Notes: generated from the letters alone by a model not told the origin. A stretch of DNA of 34,836 nt from Acidobacteriota bacterium (GCA_035593865.1 DAOTAI010000004.1:1-34836); one strand, 5' to 3'. Shown: positions 1 through 8,601, numbered from the stretch's first letter. Made by a program: numbers and translations.

Positions 1-74
1 GCTCCTGTCTCCCAAATGTTCCGCCTTCCCTCCTGCATAGCATCTACGAAGGCCTGTCCCGATAGGTCTGCGAC

Positions 75-130
75 CAAATGGCAAATGGAAAATGGCAATT
101 GGAAGATGGCAAATGGAAAATGGAAATTGC
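75..130. repeat. Tandem heptamer array, family A: 8 contiguous units of [C/A]AA(A/T)TGG
   Basis: Read directly: caaatgg caaatgg aaaatgg caattgg aagatgg caaatgg aaaatgg aaattgc, period 7. It lies just 3' of the minus-strand gene ending at 169. The last unit and the following ttttcc can pair (ggaaa/tttcc). Confidence 0.85.
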
Positions 131-168
131 TTTTCCCTCTACCTCTTTATCCCTCTAGCCCTGCTTTT

Positions 169-636
169 CTAGGCCGGGACTGACAGCTTGACCACCTGGG
201 GTTGCACGAGCCGCTGGAAATCCGCGTAGGACATTCGTATAAGTTCAGTGTGTGATCCGGCGTTGAAGACGATCTCCTTGTGCTCGGACAGACTTTCTGC
301 CACAAAGACATCCATGCCGTAGAGGTTCCCGAAGGGCGGCATAGCGCCCAGTTCGCAGTCCGGAAATAATTGCTTGAACTCCCTTTCCGTGGCCAATTCG
401 ACCTTGTTGGCGTCAATTGCGTCAGCCAGCAATTCAAAATCGACTTTTAATGACGCGGGTAATACGGCCATCGCCATGCGTCCGTCTACCTTGATGATTA
501 CCGTCTTCGCCATTTCCTTCCCGGATACGTGCGCGCTTGCGGCGATCTCTTGCGCGGTATAGGCGAGGGAATGGCTGATCGTGACGTACTTGACGCGATT
601 CTGGTCCAAGAATTCCTTCAGCTTCCTGACTGGCAT
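169..636 (-). CDS. YbaK/ProX-type aminoacyl-tRNA deacylase domain protein (155 aa)
   Basis: Length and pattern fit the YbaK/EbsC fold: [65 protein letters not shown] chose the start at 636 (MPVRKLKEF) because AAAGGAGG lies 7 nt upstream. The 189-aa ORF starting at 738 has an implausible Arg-rich extension. Confidence 0.75.
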   Translation of the reverse strand: MPVRKLKEFLDQNRVKYVTISHSLAYTAQEIAASAHVSGKEMAKTVIIKVDGRMAMAVLPASLKVDFELLADAIDANKVELATEREFKQLFPDCELGAMPPFGNLYGMDVFVAESLSEHKEIVFNAGSHTELIRMSYADFQRLVQPQVVKLSVPA

Positions 637-797
637 AGCAGACCTCCTTTTCGAGGAAAGGTTTTCTTGAAGTCGATGGTATCGCCACGGAAGGCTTGGT
701 TCAACCGCGGCGCCCGCAGCGCGTTTCCGCTGGAGCACGGGAGTTGGCGGGTCCTATTTCACGAGGCATAATGCAGAGTTGAGGAGAAATAGATCCA

Positions 798-1793
798 ATG
801 AAAGCCATGATTCTCGAATCGGCCGGCGTGCCTCTTCAGCTGGTCGATTGCCCGGTTCCCGAACCAGGAGCGAACGAGGTCTTGCTGAAGGTGCACGCCT
901 GTGGCGTCTGCCGGACAGATCTTCATATCGTGGACGGTGAGTTGAAGGAGCCCAAGCCGAGACTCATTCCCGGGCACGAGATAGTCGGAACCGTTACCGC
1001 AAGCGGTTCTGAAGTCGCAGACTTCCATATCGGCGACCGTGTCGGAGTGCCGTGGTTGGGCGCCACGTGCGGAACCTGCTTCTATTGCAACAGCGGGCGC
1101 GAAAACCTGTGTGACAGGCCGGTTTTTACCGGCTATACCCGAGACGGCGGGTATGCAGGTTATGCCGTCGCCGATGCACGCTTCTGTTTCCCTATTCCCA
1201 GCGGGTTTTCTGATTTTGAGGCGGCGCCTCTCCTGTGCGCCGGGCTGATCGGATATCGTTCATATCGCTTGGCCGGTCCTGCCAAGACCCTCGGGATTTA
1301 CGGATTTGGCGGAGCGGCGCACATAATCACTCAAATCGCCGTCCACGAAGGGCGAAAGGTCTATGCTTTTACCAAGCCCGGCGATACGGCGGGGCAGGCG
1401 TTTGCCAAAAGACTCGGCGCCACCTGGGCGGGAAGTTCCGAACAGATGCCGCCGGTCGCATTAGAAGCGGCTATCATTTTCGCTCCCGTCGGCGGTCTGG
1501 TCCCCTTGGCCCTTCAGGCAACGGCCAAGGGAGGCATTGTGGTCTGCGGCGGTATTCACATGAGTGACATTCCGTCTTTCCCTTATCGCCTGCTTTGGGA
1601 GGAAAGGGTGATCCGATCCGTGGCTAACCTGACACGGGAAGACGGCAAGTTGCTGCTTGAGGCTGCCTCCCGGGTTCCAGTCAAGACCTCAATCGAACTG
1701 TTCCGCCTTGAACAGGCCAATGAGGCGCTGGACCGGCTGCGTTCCGGAAAAATCGAAGGCGCGGCCGTGCTGGCGATGGACTTCGATTCGTGA
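798..1793 (+). CDS. Zinc-dependent alcohol dehydrogenase (MDR superfamily)
   Basis: Catalytic Zn motif GVCRTDLH..PGHE. Structural Zn cysteines in GATCGTCFYCNSGRENLC. Rossmann motif GIYGFGGAAH. GAGGAG lies upstream of the ATG. Confidence 0.9.
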   Translation: MKAMILESAGVPLQLVDCPVPEPGANEVLLKVHACGVCRTDLHIVDGELKEPKPRLIPGHEIVGTVTASGSEVADFHIGDRVGVPWLGATCGTCFYCNSGRENLCDRPVFTGYTRDGGYAGYAVADARFCFPIPSGFSDFEAAPLLCAGLIGYRSYRLAGPAKTLGIYGFGGAAHIITQIAVHEGRKVYAFTKPGDTAGQAFAKRLGATWAGSSEQMPPVALEAAIIFAPVGGLVPLALQATAKGGIVVCGGIHMSDIPSFPYRLLWEERVIRSVANLTREDGKLLLEAASRVPVKTSIELFRLEQANEALDRLRSGKIEGAAVLAMDFDS

Positions 1794-1803
1794 AACGCGA
1801 CAC

Positions 1804-2964
1804 TTACCCCAGACAGCGATGCGTTACGCCATTGGTGGGTCTGCAGGCGTAAATCAAAGGGCGAAGTCCGGTTCGAGCCTGGTACTGCTCGGTCACACGC
1901 GCCTCAAAATCGGCGACAGCATCACAGTGGACGAGATTAACCGTACAGCCGCCAAACCCGGCCCCGGTCATACGTGCGCCCAAGGTTCCAGGCTGCTCGG
2001 CTGCCAACTCCACCAAGATGTCCAGTTCCTGGCAACTGACCTCGTAGTCGTCTCGAAGGCTTGCGTGAGACTGGTACATGAGGCGGCCGAAAGAATCGAG
2101 GCTATTCGTTTTCAAGGATTCGACAGCCGCACGGACTCGCTCGTTCTCGGAGACAACGTGGCGCGCCCGGCGATATCGGACTTCGGACAAAAGACCCTTG
2201 TGTTCCTCCAGTTGTTGGGCGGTGACGTCGCGCAACGCCTTTATGTTGCCGAGCACACCGTTTAAGATTGCGACGGCACCTTCGCATTCAGCGCGTCTAT
2301 TGTTGTATTCGGATGTCTGCAGCCGGCGTTGCTTTCGGCTGTCGCAGATAACGATGCACGCTTCGCCCGGGAAAGGGACCAACTCGTACGAGAGATCCCG
2401 GCAGTCAAGGAACAGCGCCGCATTCTCTTTTCCCAGAGCTGACACGAACTGGTCCATGATGCCGCATTGGACGCCCGCGAAGTTGCGCTCCGCCGACTGG
2501 CTCAAGAGAGCCATCTCGGTCGGTTCGATCTCGATTTCTGAAAGGACGCGGCAGGTTTCGGCGGCCGCAACTTCCAGAGCTGCCGAACTGCTCAGGCCCG
2601 AACCGATCGGTATATTCCCCGCCACAGCGAGATCCATTCCTCTGATCTTGTGACCCCTTTTTCGATATTCGTCGACGACACCCCGAATGTAGTTGCTCCA
2701 AACGGCCTGTTCGTCCCGCTTCACCTGTTCGGAGTCAAAAACCGTCGTTTGGTTGTAATCCACCGAATGCGCGCGTATTAGGGAATCGTCCCGGGTGGCG
2801 GCGCAGATCCAGATGGCCCGGTCGATGTCAGCAGGCAACACGAAGCCGTCATTGTAGTCGGTATGTTCTCCAATCAGGTTGACTCGCCCCGGGGCTCGAG
2901 TTTCGATTTCCGGTTTCCTTTCGAAAATTCGAACAAAAGTCTCGATCAGTCTGTCAACGTTCAC
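1804..2964 (-). CDS. galK: Galactokinase
   Basis: Galactokinase signature GRVNLIGEHTDYNDGFVLP. GHMP ATP-binding motif PIGSGLSSSAALEVA. C-terminal MTGAGFGGC. The start is a GTG at 2964. Confidence 0.9.
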   Translation of the reverse strand: MNVDRLIETFVRIFERKPEIETRAPGRVNLIGEHTDYNDGFVLPADIDRAIWICAATRDDSLIRAHSVDYNQTTVFDSEQVKRDEQAVWSNYIRGVVDEYRKRGHKIRGMDLAVAGNIPIGSGLSSSAALEVAAAETCRVLSEIEIEPTEMALLSQSAERNFAGVQCGIMDQFVSALGKENAALFLDCRDLSYELVPFPGEACIVICDSRKQRRLQTSEYNNRRAECEGAVAILNGVLGNIKALRDVTAQQLEEHKGLLSEVRYRRARHVVSENERVRAAVESLKTNSLDSFGRLMYQSHASLRDDYEVSCQELDILVELAAEQPGTLGARMTGAGFGGCTVNLVHCDAVADFEARVTEQYQARTGLRPLIYACRPTNGVTHRCLG

Positions 2965-3136
2965 GTGTCCCTCTCTGTAAAAGAAAGGTCAAGAGTCTAA
3001 CGGTTCGGTCCGCGACAAGTCAAATAGCATCAGAGGCCAGCGGGTATTCCCGGTATTCTGCCCCTCGCTCCAGGCCGGATTCAGAGGGATCGTTTTTCCG
3101 ATGCCAAATCGGGTCTGTTTTCCTAGCGCTCTCCAT

Positions 3137-3820
3137 CTACCTGAGGCAGCGGAAAATCGTTAGAAGGATTTTGAAGCCCGCGCCGACAACACCCCTGACG
3201 GTCCCGGAGATTTTGGATCGGCCGATGCGCGGGCGGTAGCTGACGGGGACTTCCAGAATGCGGTACCCCTTTTGCACCGCCCGAATCTGCATTTCGGTGG
3301 TCCAACCATAGCCCCGATCCTGCAGGCAAAGCGCCCGGAGTGTCGAGGCTCTTATGGCCCGAAACGGGCCCAGGTCGGTATAGCGGTACCCCCAGAATGA
3401 AGCAATCAAGCGGCAGGCCAGCCAATTGCCAAACCGTTGCTGCAGGGTAAGGGATCCGCGGGCATGGGATCCACGTACGCGGGATCCAACGACGAAATCG
3501 GATCGGTCTTCGGCTATAGGCGCAACCAATCGAGCAGCCTCATCGGGGTAATCGCTGTAGTCAGCGTCAATGAAGACCAGGATGTCGGCGCCGCAAGCGT
3601 GAGCGACGCCGGTGTAACACGCCTGCCCGTAACCGCGGATCGGTTCGCTCACGACCCGCGCCTGGTGTTTTCGCGCTACTTCTGCCGTGCGGTCGGTCGA
3701 TCCGTTATCGACCACGATCACCTCGTCAACCCAGGAGGGCAAGTCTTCGAGGACGCGGCCGATTGCCTTTTCTTCATTAAGGGCGGGAATAATCACAGCG
3801 ACACTGAGGCCGTTAATCAT
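3137..3820 (-). CDS. Family 2 glycosyltransferase, soluble polyprenyl-phosphate sugar synthase-like (227 aa)
   Basis: GT-A N-terminus VAVIIPALNEEKAIGRVL, VVDNGSTDRT, and the DxD motif in FIDADYSD. No TM segments. The start overlaps the upstream gene's stop by 8 nt, which implies an operon. Confidence 0.8.
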   Translation of the reverse strand: MINGLSVAVIIPALNEEKAIGRVLEDLPSWVDEVIVVDNGSTDRTAEVARKHQARVVSEPIRGYGQACYTGVAHACGADILVFIDADYSDYPDEAARLVAPIAEDRSDFVVGSRVRGSHARGSLTLQQRFGNWLACRLIASFWGYRYTDLGPFRAIRASTLRALCLQDRGYGWTTEMQIRAVQKGYRILEVPVSYRPRIGRSKISGTVRGVVGAGFKILLTIFRCLR

Positions 3821-5165
3821 CGCGTTTCGTTCGTCGGCGGTGAAGGTCGTGGATTTGCATCACAAGCATCGCCCATGCGGGCAGATGAACCATGGCAAAG
3901 AAAGCGGAGGGATATGAGACCGAGCGCGACAGGTAGGTGAGTGCCAACAGAGGCGTCCAGAAGATAAGGGCGGGGCGCCTCAAGAAAGGAGCCATGGCGA
4001 CTCCAGGCACGAAATACCAGGGATAGACGGTAGGCCCGATCAGGAGCATCAGAAGGATGAGTGTGCCCGCTGCCAAGGCTGTCGCCTCAAGCCCTTTGTT
4101 ATGGGACAGCAGCGCAAACCAGGCGGATGCTCCGAACAGCAGCAGAACCACGAGTGCCCGAGCAATAATGCGCCCGTCGATTATCGAACCGCTCCAGCGC
4201 GACAGATGTCCTCCTGCCCGTTCCAGGATCTTGAAGCCGAATTCATTGGCGTCCCAAGTCTTAGCGTAGGCTACTGTCCCGCTGTTTGCCTCGCTTCCGA
4301 GAGAGACCCAGTAAGGAGTGAGCAGCGTCGCCGCCAGACATGCAAACACCAGAGCCTTTCTGAGTGCCAGGGCCCGGTTTTGGCGAAAGTCGGCAACCAG
4401 AAGGGGGAAAAGAAGCGCAGGCCAAAGCTTGACAGCGACTGCGCCGGCTAGCCCTGCTGCCGAAACAACCGCTTTTCGTCTAGAAAGACCCCAGATAAAG
4501 ACCAGGAGGAATGGCGCGAGAGCAACATCGAGATGGCGGAAATGATACGTCTCGATGACGAGGAAAGGATTCCAGAGGTACGCCGTTGCCCATGTGAGCG
4601 GCAGGCGTGCTGAGCGCAGGAGGATGAGAATCAGTAGGCCAGCCGTCAAATCCATGAGAAGCAGCACGGCGCGCCAGGCCGTCGAATTGAACGGTTCAAT
4701 CCAGTAGCTGAGAGCGAATAGTCCTTGGGCGACCGGCGGGTAGATAGTCCTCAATTCCGGATGGTTGATCTTCGCCAGAATCTCCCGGCCGTCCCGAGTA
4801 AGGCGGGCGATTTCGGGATGATCGGTTTCCCCTCGAAGCGCCTCGGCGGGGGAATACCGGTAGGGGCTGATTCCATTGGCTGTCAGCGCGCCATCCCAGA
4901 GATAGCGGTAGTAGTCCGCTCCTCGGGACTCCGGGGTGAGGCACACTACGAGCCGTAACAGCAGTGCAATAATGATCACAGACGGGAGAGCTGAACGCGA
5001 ATTCCGAACCAGCCGGGAGTCAGCGACGGCCCACAAATGAACTAAGGCGCAGAGGATATAAAGGGGTAAGTGAATACGAGGCGGACCGTAACCGTGTGCC
5101 ACCAGGACGAAGCCGACCAGCCCTCCCAGGATGACGATTCCCGCCGCCCCCACGCGCTTGTTCAT
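3813..5165 (-). CDS. GT-C fold integral membrane glycosyltransferase (PIG-M/DUF2029-like)
   Basis: About 11 hydrophobic spans. The first loop carries the acidic/aromatic motif GADYYRYLWDGALTANGISPYRY, typical of polyprenyl-phosphate-sugar dependent GT-C enzymes. Translationally overlapped with the GT2 gene. Confidence 0.65.
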   Translation of the reverse strand: MNKRVGAAGIVILGGLVGFVLVAHGYGPPRIHLPLYILCALVHLWAVADSRLVRNSRSALPSVIIIALLLRLVVCLTPESRGADYYRYLWDGALTANGISPYRYSPAEALRGETDHPEIARLTRDGREILAKINHPELRTIYPPVAQGLFALSYWIEPFNSTAWRAVLLLMDLTAGLLILILLRSARLPLTWATAYLWNPFLVIETYHFRHLDVALAPFLLVFIWGLSRRKAVVSAAGLAGAVAVKLWPALLFPLLVADFRQNRALALRKALVFACLAATLLTPYWVSLGSEANSGTVAYAKTWDANEFGFKILERAGGHLSRWSGSIIDGRIIARALVVLLLFGASAWFALLSHNKGLEATALAAGTLILLMLLIGPTVYPWYFVPGVAMAPFLRRPALIFWTPLLALTYLSRSVSYPSAFFAMVHLPAWAMLVMQIHDLHRRRTKRDD

Positions 5166-5271
5166 AATCTACAGACATTTGAGGTGACGAAAGGGTGGCG
5201 AAGGGGCAGGGCTGCGCCGTCCACGGTCCTGCCTCTCGCTTTTGCCTCAGATCCGCCTCCCCCTTGTCCCT

Positions 5272-6402
5272 TCATTCCTCCAGTTGATCGAAGTCCACTT
5301 GAATCATAATCGACGGATCGTCGCGGTTGAATTCGTAGCAGTTCTGGCAGGCCCGGGGAGGATCTTTCTGGAGCATTCTGGTTCGCAGGTTGACTGCTTC
5401 GGGCCCGTTCCACAACTCGGGAAAGGCTGTTTCGTAGAGATTGCCATAAACCGGGCTTAGGTAGCAGCACGGTCGGACTTGGCCGTCCGGTTCCACGTAG
5501 ATACTTGTCCAAGGCTTGAGACAGGACGATGGGTCCGTAGGAAAGTCCACCGGCTCACGTTTTTTCAGGAACCCGAAGAGACCGCGTCCCCGGTTCAGGT
5601 AGACCATCCGCAGCTCGTTTATAAGCGTGACTCCGAGTTGATTGGCGAGGTTCTCGGCATCCGCTACGCACCGACGAGTCAAACCGGGGAAGTGGAGCAG
5701 CGAATCCTTTACCCAACTCCTTCGATAGACCTGCGTGGGAGTCGCCTGAACCGCGGCGATCCCTTTCTCATGCGCGAATTTAATGAAATCAGGAAGTTCT
5801 TCGATATTGCGTCGCGAGAAGTTGGGGGTCAGGTTAATTCGAGGCACCGGGCTGTTACTCTTCCTTTTCGCCTCGTTGAGCAAGTCGATGGCCGCCATTA
5901 CCGTCTCGAAACGGGCATTAACCCGAAGCTCTTCGTACAGGTCTTTCTTGAGACTGTCGATTGAAATCGAGATCTCGTCGACTCGTTTCTTGACAAAAAG
6001 CTCGGCCAGCCTGGAATTGATCAGAACTCCGTTGGTCGTGATTAACACCACGCAATCACTGTTTGTGCGGACAAGGTCGAGGATTCGATCCAGCTCACGG
6101 TTGATTAGGGACTCGCCTGGTCCGGTCAGAGACAGGTACTTCCAATATGGCATGTAAGGAATCAGACGCTCAAACAGCTCGATCGGGTTTCTGTCAAGCT
6201 TCTGATCCTGTATGTGGACGTACCCTTTTTCCCGATATGCGGCGGCCAGACAGAAGCCGCAGCGAAGATTGCATCGGTTATCAGCGCCGATCTGGATATG
6301 GTAAGGGTAAGAAGTAAGCTCCGTCTTTCCCTCGATGTACTCCTGGCTGTTCAGCTGCAGATTCGCTTCTGCGATGGGGGAGGGGTAAAGCTCAGATGAC
6401 AC
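5272..6402 (-). CDS. Radical SAM enzyme with a C-terminal SPASM/twitch-type auxiliary cluster domain
   Basis: CNLRCGFC (CxxxCxxC) at residues 44-51. C-terminal CLKPWTSIYVEPDGQVRPCC (CX12GX4C) followed by CQNC. GTG start at 6402. No other in-frame ATG lies before the cluster motif. Confidence 0.85.
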   Translation of the reverse strand: MSSELYPSPIAEANLQLNSQEYIEGKTELTSYPYHIQIGADNRCNLRCGFCLAAAYREKGYVHIQDQKLDRNPIELFERLIPYMPYWKYLSLTGPGESLINRELDRILDLVRTNSDCVVLITTNGVLINSRLAELFVKKRVDEISISIDSLKKDLYEELRVNARFETVMAAIDLLNEAKRKSNSPVPRINLTPNFSRRNIEELPDFIKFAHEKGIAAVQATPTQVYRRSWVKDSLLHFPGLTRRCVADAENLANQLGVTLINELRMVYLNRGRGLFGFLKKREPVDFPTDPSSCLKPWTSIYVEPDGQVRPCCYLSPVYGNLYETAFPELWNGPEAVNLRTRMLQKDPPRACQNCYEFNRDDPSIMIQVDFDQLEE

Positions 6403-6416
6403 CAGAGGATTATACT

Positions 6417-7385
6417 ATGGGCCGCTTCACCGGCCGCCGCCGGGAGACCGCGCTTTGGTCGGCGTCAAAAGGAACGGATATGTCCAGAGCCATTGAAGTG
6501 CTGCCCGATTGGGAAAGGGTGGCCAGTCTTTGCCTGGCCGATGATTTAAGAAAAATCCTGGTTATCGGCGCCGCGGACCGAGGGAAAAGCACGTTTTGCC
6601 GTTTTCTCGTCTCTCGGCTGGCTCGTTCGGGAGCGCGGGTGGCTTTTCTGGACTCGGATGTCGGTCAGAAGGATCTTGGCCCGCCGGCAACGCTTACTCG
6701 CGGATTCCTGCGCTCGCCGTCCGATCCCGATTCGCTTGAGGTTGACGCACTCTACTTCGTAGGCTCCACCTCCCCATTGGGTCATCTTCTGCCGATGGTG
6801 GCCGGAGTTCGAGATCTTGCTGATTCGCTGACCGATACTGTTGTTGTCATCAACACAACCGGATTCATCCATGGAGCCGGTTATGTGTTGAAAAGTTACA
6901 AGATTGAGATGCTTCACCCGGATCTCATCATTGCTGTCGATCCGGGGGAGGAGACCGCCGCAATTACTTACTCATACTCCCATTGTTGCTGCGTCAGGTT
7001 GCTCCCTTCGCCGCGGGTCGTCCCCAAGAGTCGGGAATTGAGACGAGCGGCGCGTCAAAAGGCATTTGCCCGCTACTTCCAGGCGAGCTCCGAAATCTCA
7101 CTCGACATTCGAGATCTTACGTTTCAGCGAGACCCCGAGTTCATCGCTGCTCTCGCAGGCAATCGGATGGGCGCGGGAGTTCGTCTGAGGGTCCCGCACT
7201 CCAATCTCCTGTGCGGACTGTGCGACCGGGAAGGGCATTGTTTAGGGCTTGGAATTCTCGATAAGGTTGGGCTCGGGTCGAACACCATTTCCTTCTTGAC
7301 GCCCGTTCCAAAGGACAGGATTCGGATCGTTCAGTTTGGGGATCTTTATCTGAAGCCCGACGGGGAGGAGTTGGGGAGGAAATAG
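6417..7385 (+). CDS. Clp1/Grc3/Nol9-family polynucleotide 5'-hydroxyl kinase (P-loop)
   Basis: The segment VIGAADRGKSTFCRFL...VAFLDSDVGQKDLGPPATL...YFVGSTSP...VVINTTGFIHGAGY...LLPSPRVVPKSRELRRAARQKAFARYF lines up motif by motif with eukaryotic CLP1 as I recall it (GPTDVGKST, ELDVGQ, FGSTTP, INTCGW, LLPKSGGVVERS..RIREYF). The start is ambiguous. ATG 6417 has AGAGGA 7 nt upstream. ATG 6396 would overlap the divergent gene's start. ATG 6480 is also possible. Confidence 0.85.
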   Translation: MGRFTGRRRETALWSASKGTDMSRAIEVLPDWERVASLCLADDLRKILVIGAADRGKSTFCRFLVSRLARSGARVAFLDSDVGQKDLGPPATLTRGFLRSPSDPDSLEVDALYFVGSTSPLGHLLPMVAGVRDLADSLTDTVVVINTTGFIHGAGYVLKSYKIEMLHPDLIIAVDPGEETAAITYSYSHCCCVRLLPSPRVVPKSRELRRAARQKAFARYFQASSEISLDIRDLTFQRDPEFIAALAGNRMGAGVRLRVPHSNLLCGLCDREGHCLGLGILDKVGLGSNTISFLTPVPKDRIRIVQFGDLYLKPDGEELGRK

Positions 7386-7398
7386 CGAAAGGACGGGT

Positions 7399-7478
7399 AT
7401 CCGTGTAATCCGTGCTATCCGTCCTATCCGCGGGTATCCATTCCCGCGGATAGGACGGATAGCACGGATTACACGGAT
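7399..7478. repeat. Perfect palindrome, family B: 4 + 4 nonamer units with an ATCCG/CGGAT core, 36-nt arms and an 8-nt loop
   Basis: Left arm: atccgtgta atccgtgct atccgtcct atccgcggg (7399-7434). Loop: tatccatt. Right arm: cccgcggat aggacggat agcacggat tacacggat (7443-7478), the exact reverse complement. One extra cacggat unit sits at 7487-7493. It begins 14 nt after the stop of the Clp1-like gene. Confidence 0.95.
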
Positions 7479-7649
7479 GGTGGGCGCACGGATACCAAGG
7501 GGAGGCTACCGGGCAGTTCATCAAGTCGGGAAAATCTCCCCGACGCCCGGGCTGACTGTTCAGCCATGTCTGCACTGCAGCAAGCATTTGTGATTCTGGC
7601 CCGTAGGTTGCTAGAGCTAAGCGGTCTCGAACAGAAAGGAGATCTGAAA

Positions 7650-8204
7650 ATGAACAGACTTAAGACAAGCGGCCTGGCGGGCCTCTGGACCCTGGTTCTA
7701 GGGCTGGTGCTTTGCTGTGGATCGGTTGCGGGCCAGGTCACGCAGGAGCAGATGATCGAAGACGTCCGGAGCGAGCTGATCAAACTTCCGTACTATACAG
7801 TGTTCGACTACCTTGAGTACAAGGTGGATGGACGGACCGTGACCCTTTCAGGAGCGGTGACCCGGCCGATGCTCAAGCGGGATGCGGAAGCGGCGGTACA
7901 CGATGTAAAAGGCGTTGAAGAAGTGGTTAACAACATCAAGGTTCTTCCGCCGTCCACAGCCGACGATCGTATTCGGCAGGCGGTCTATAGAGCAGTTTAC
8001 GGAAGCGGAGGTCTTCAGAAGTATGCGTTGGGCGCCAATCCGTCCATTCGAATCATCGTCGAAAACGGGAATGTAACCTTGGAAGGTGTTGTTGCCAACG
8101 AAATGGACAAGAACGTTGCCGGAGTGAGGGCGAAAAGCGTTGGCGGCACATTCAAGGTCACCAACAATTTGATTGTGGAGTCAGATGCAGCAAAAGCCGA
8201 GTGA
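7650..8204 (+). CDS. Secreted BON-domain protein (two BON domains, OsmY-like)
   Basis: Signal peptide MNRLKTSGLAGLWTLVLGLVLCCGSVAGQ. Two repeats of the BON pattern (DGRTVTLSGAV..EAAVHDVKGVEEVVNNIKV and ENGNVTLEGVV..VRAKSVGGTFKVTNNLIV). AAAGGAG lies 8 nt upstream of ATG 7650. Confidence 0.75.
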   Translation: MNRLKTSGLAGLWTLVLGLVLCCGSVAGQVTQEQMIEDVRSELIKLPYYTVFDYLEYKVDGRTVTLSGAVTRPMLKRDAEAAVHDVKGVEEVVNNIKVLPPSTADDRIRQAVYRAVYGSGGLQKYALGANPSIRIIVENGNVTLEGVVANEMDKNVAGVRAKSVGGTFKVTNNLIVESDAAKAE

Positions 8205-8574
8205 CAATTTGCTCCCGGCTGAGGCGGTACAGCGTCTTCAGGAAGCGCCGATTGCCTGGATAGCAACCGTTCGACCGAACAACCGGCCTCATCTCGTGCC
8301 TGTCTGGTTCGTTTTCGTTGACGGGAAGCTTTACTCCTGCATTGAAGCTCGCAGCGTGAAAGGGCGGAATCTCGCTGCTAATCCGCATATATCGATGGCT
8401 CTCGAGGAGGGGAAACACCCGATCATCTGCGAGGGCCGGGCCTGTTTCCTGCAGAAGCCCTGGCCCCCAACGGTGATTCAGGCCTTCTTGTCAAAGTACG
8501 AGTGGGACATCGATTCCGAAGAGCGTTATAACGCTTTGGTCCAAGTGACTCCGGACAAGTGGATGAAGTGGTGA
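8185..8574 (+). CDS. Pyridoxamine 5'-phosphate oxidase (PPOX) family / split-barrel flavin-binding protein
   Basis: IAWIATVRPNNRPHLVPVWFVFVDGKLYSCIEARSVKGRNLAANP is the typical PPOX-class N-terminal strand pattern. ATG 8185 has GGAG upstream. The ORF opens at TTG 8173 and overlaps the BON gene's end. Confidence 0.65.
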   Translation: MQQKPSDNLLPAEAVQRLQEAPIAWIATVRPNNRPHLVPVWFVFVDGKLYSCIEARSVKGRNLAANPHISMALEEGKHPIICEGRACFLQKPWPPTVIQAFLSKYEWDIDSEERYNALVQVTPDKWMKW

Positions 8575-8601
8575 CCGAAGGCCATGTGTCCGGGCGGACC
8601 A

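Noticed and set aside
1657-2265. 202-aa + strand ORF
   Set aside because: It overlaps the ADH 3' end in another frame and lies antisense to galK. It is a shadow ORF.
3002-3011. GGTTCGGTCC, considered as a tRNA T-arm in the galK upstream region
   Set aside because: It lacks the conserved A58 position, and no acceptor or anticodon stems can be drawn around it.
5272-7385. Radical SAM plus adjacent kinase as a prokaryotic viperin-like antiviral pair
   Set aside because: The radical-SAM protein has a SPASM/twitch cysteine domain and lacks the viperin C-terminal pattern. The neighbour is Clp1-like rather than a nucleotide monophosphate kinase. The genes are divergent, not co-oriented.
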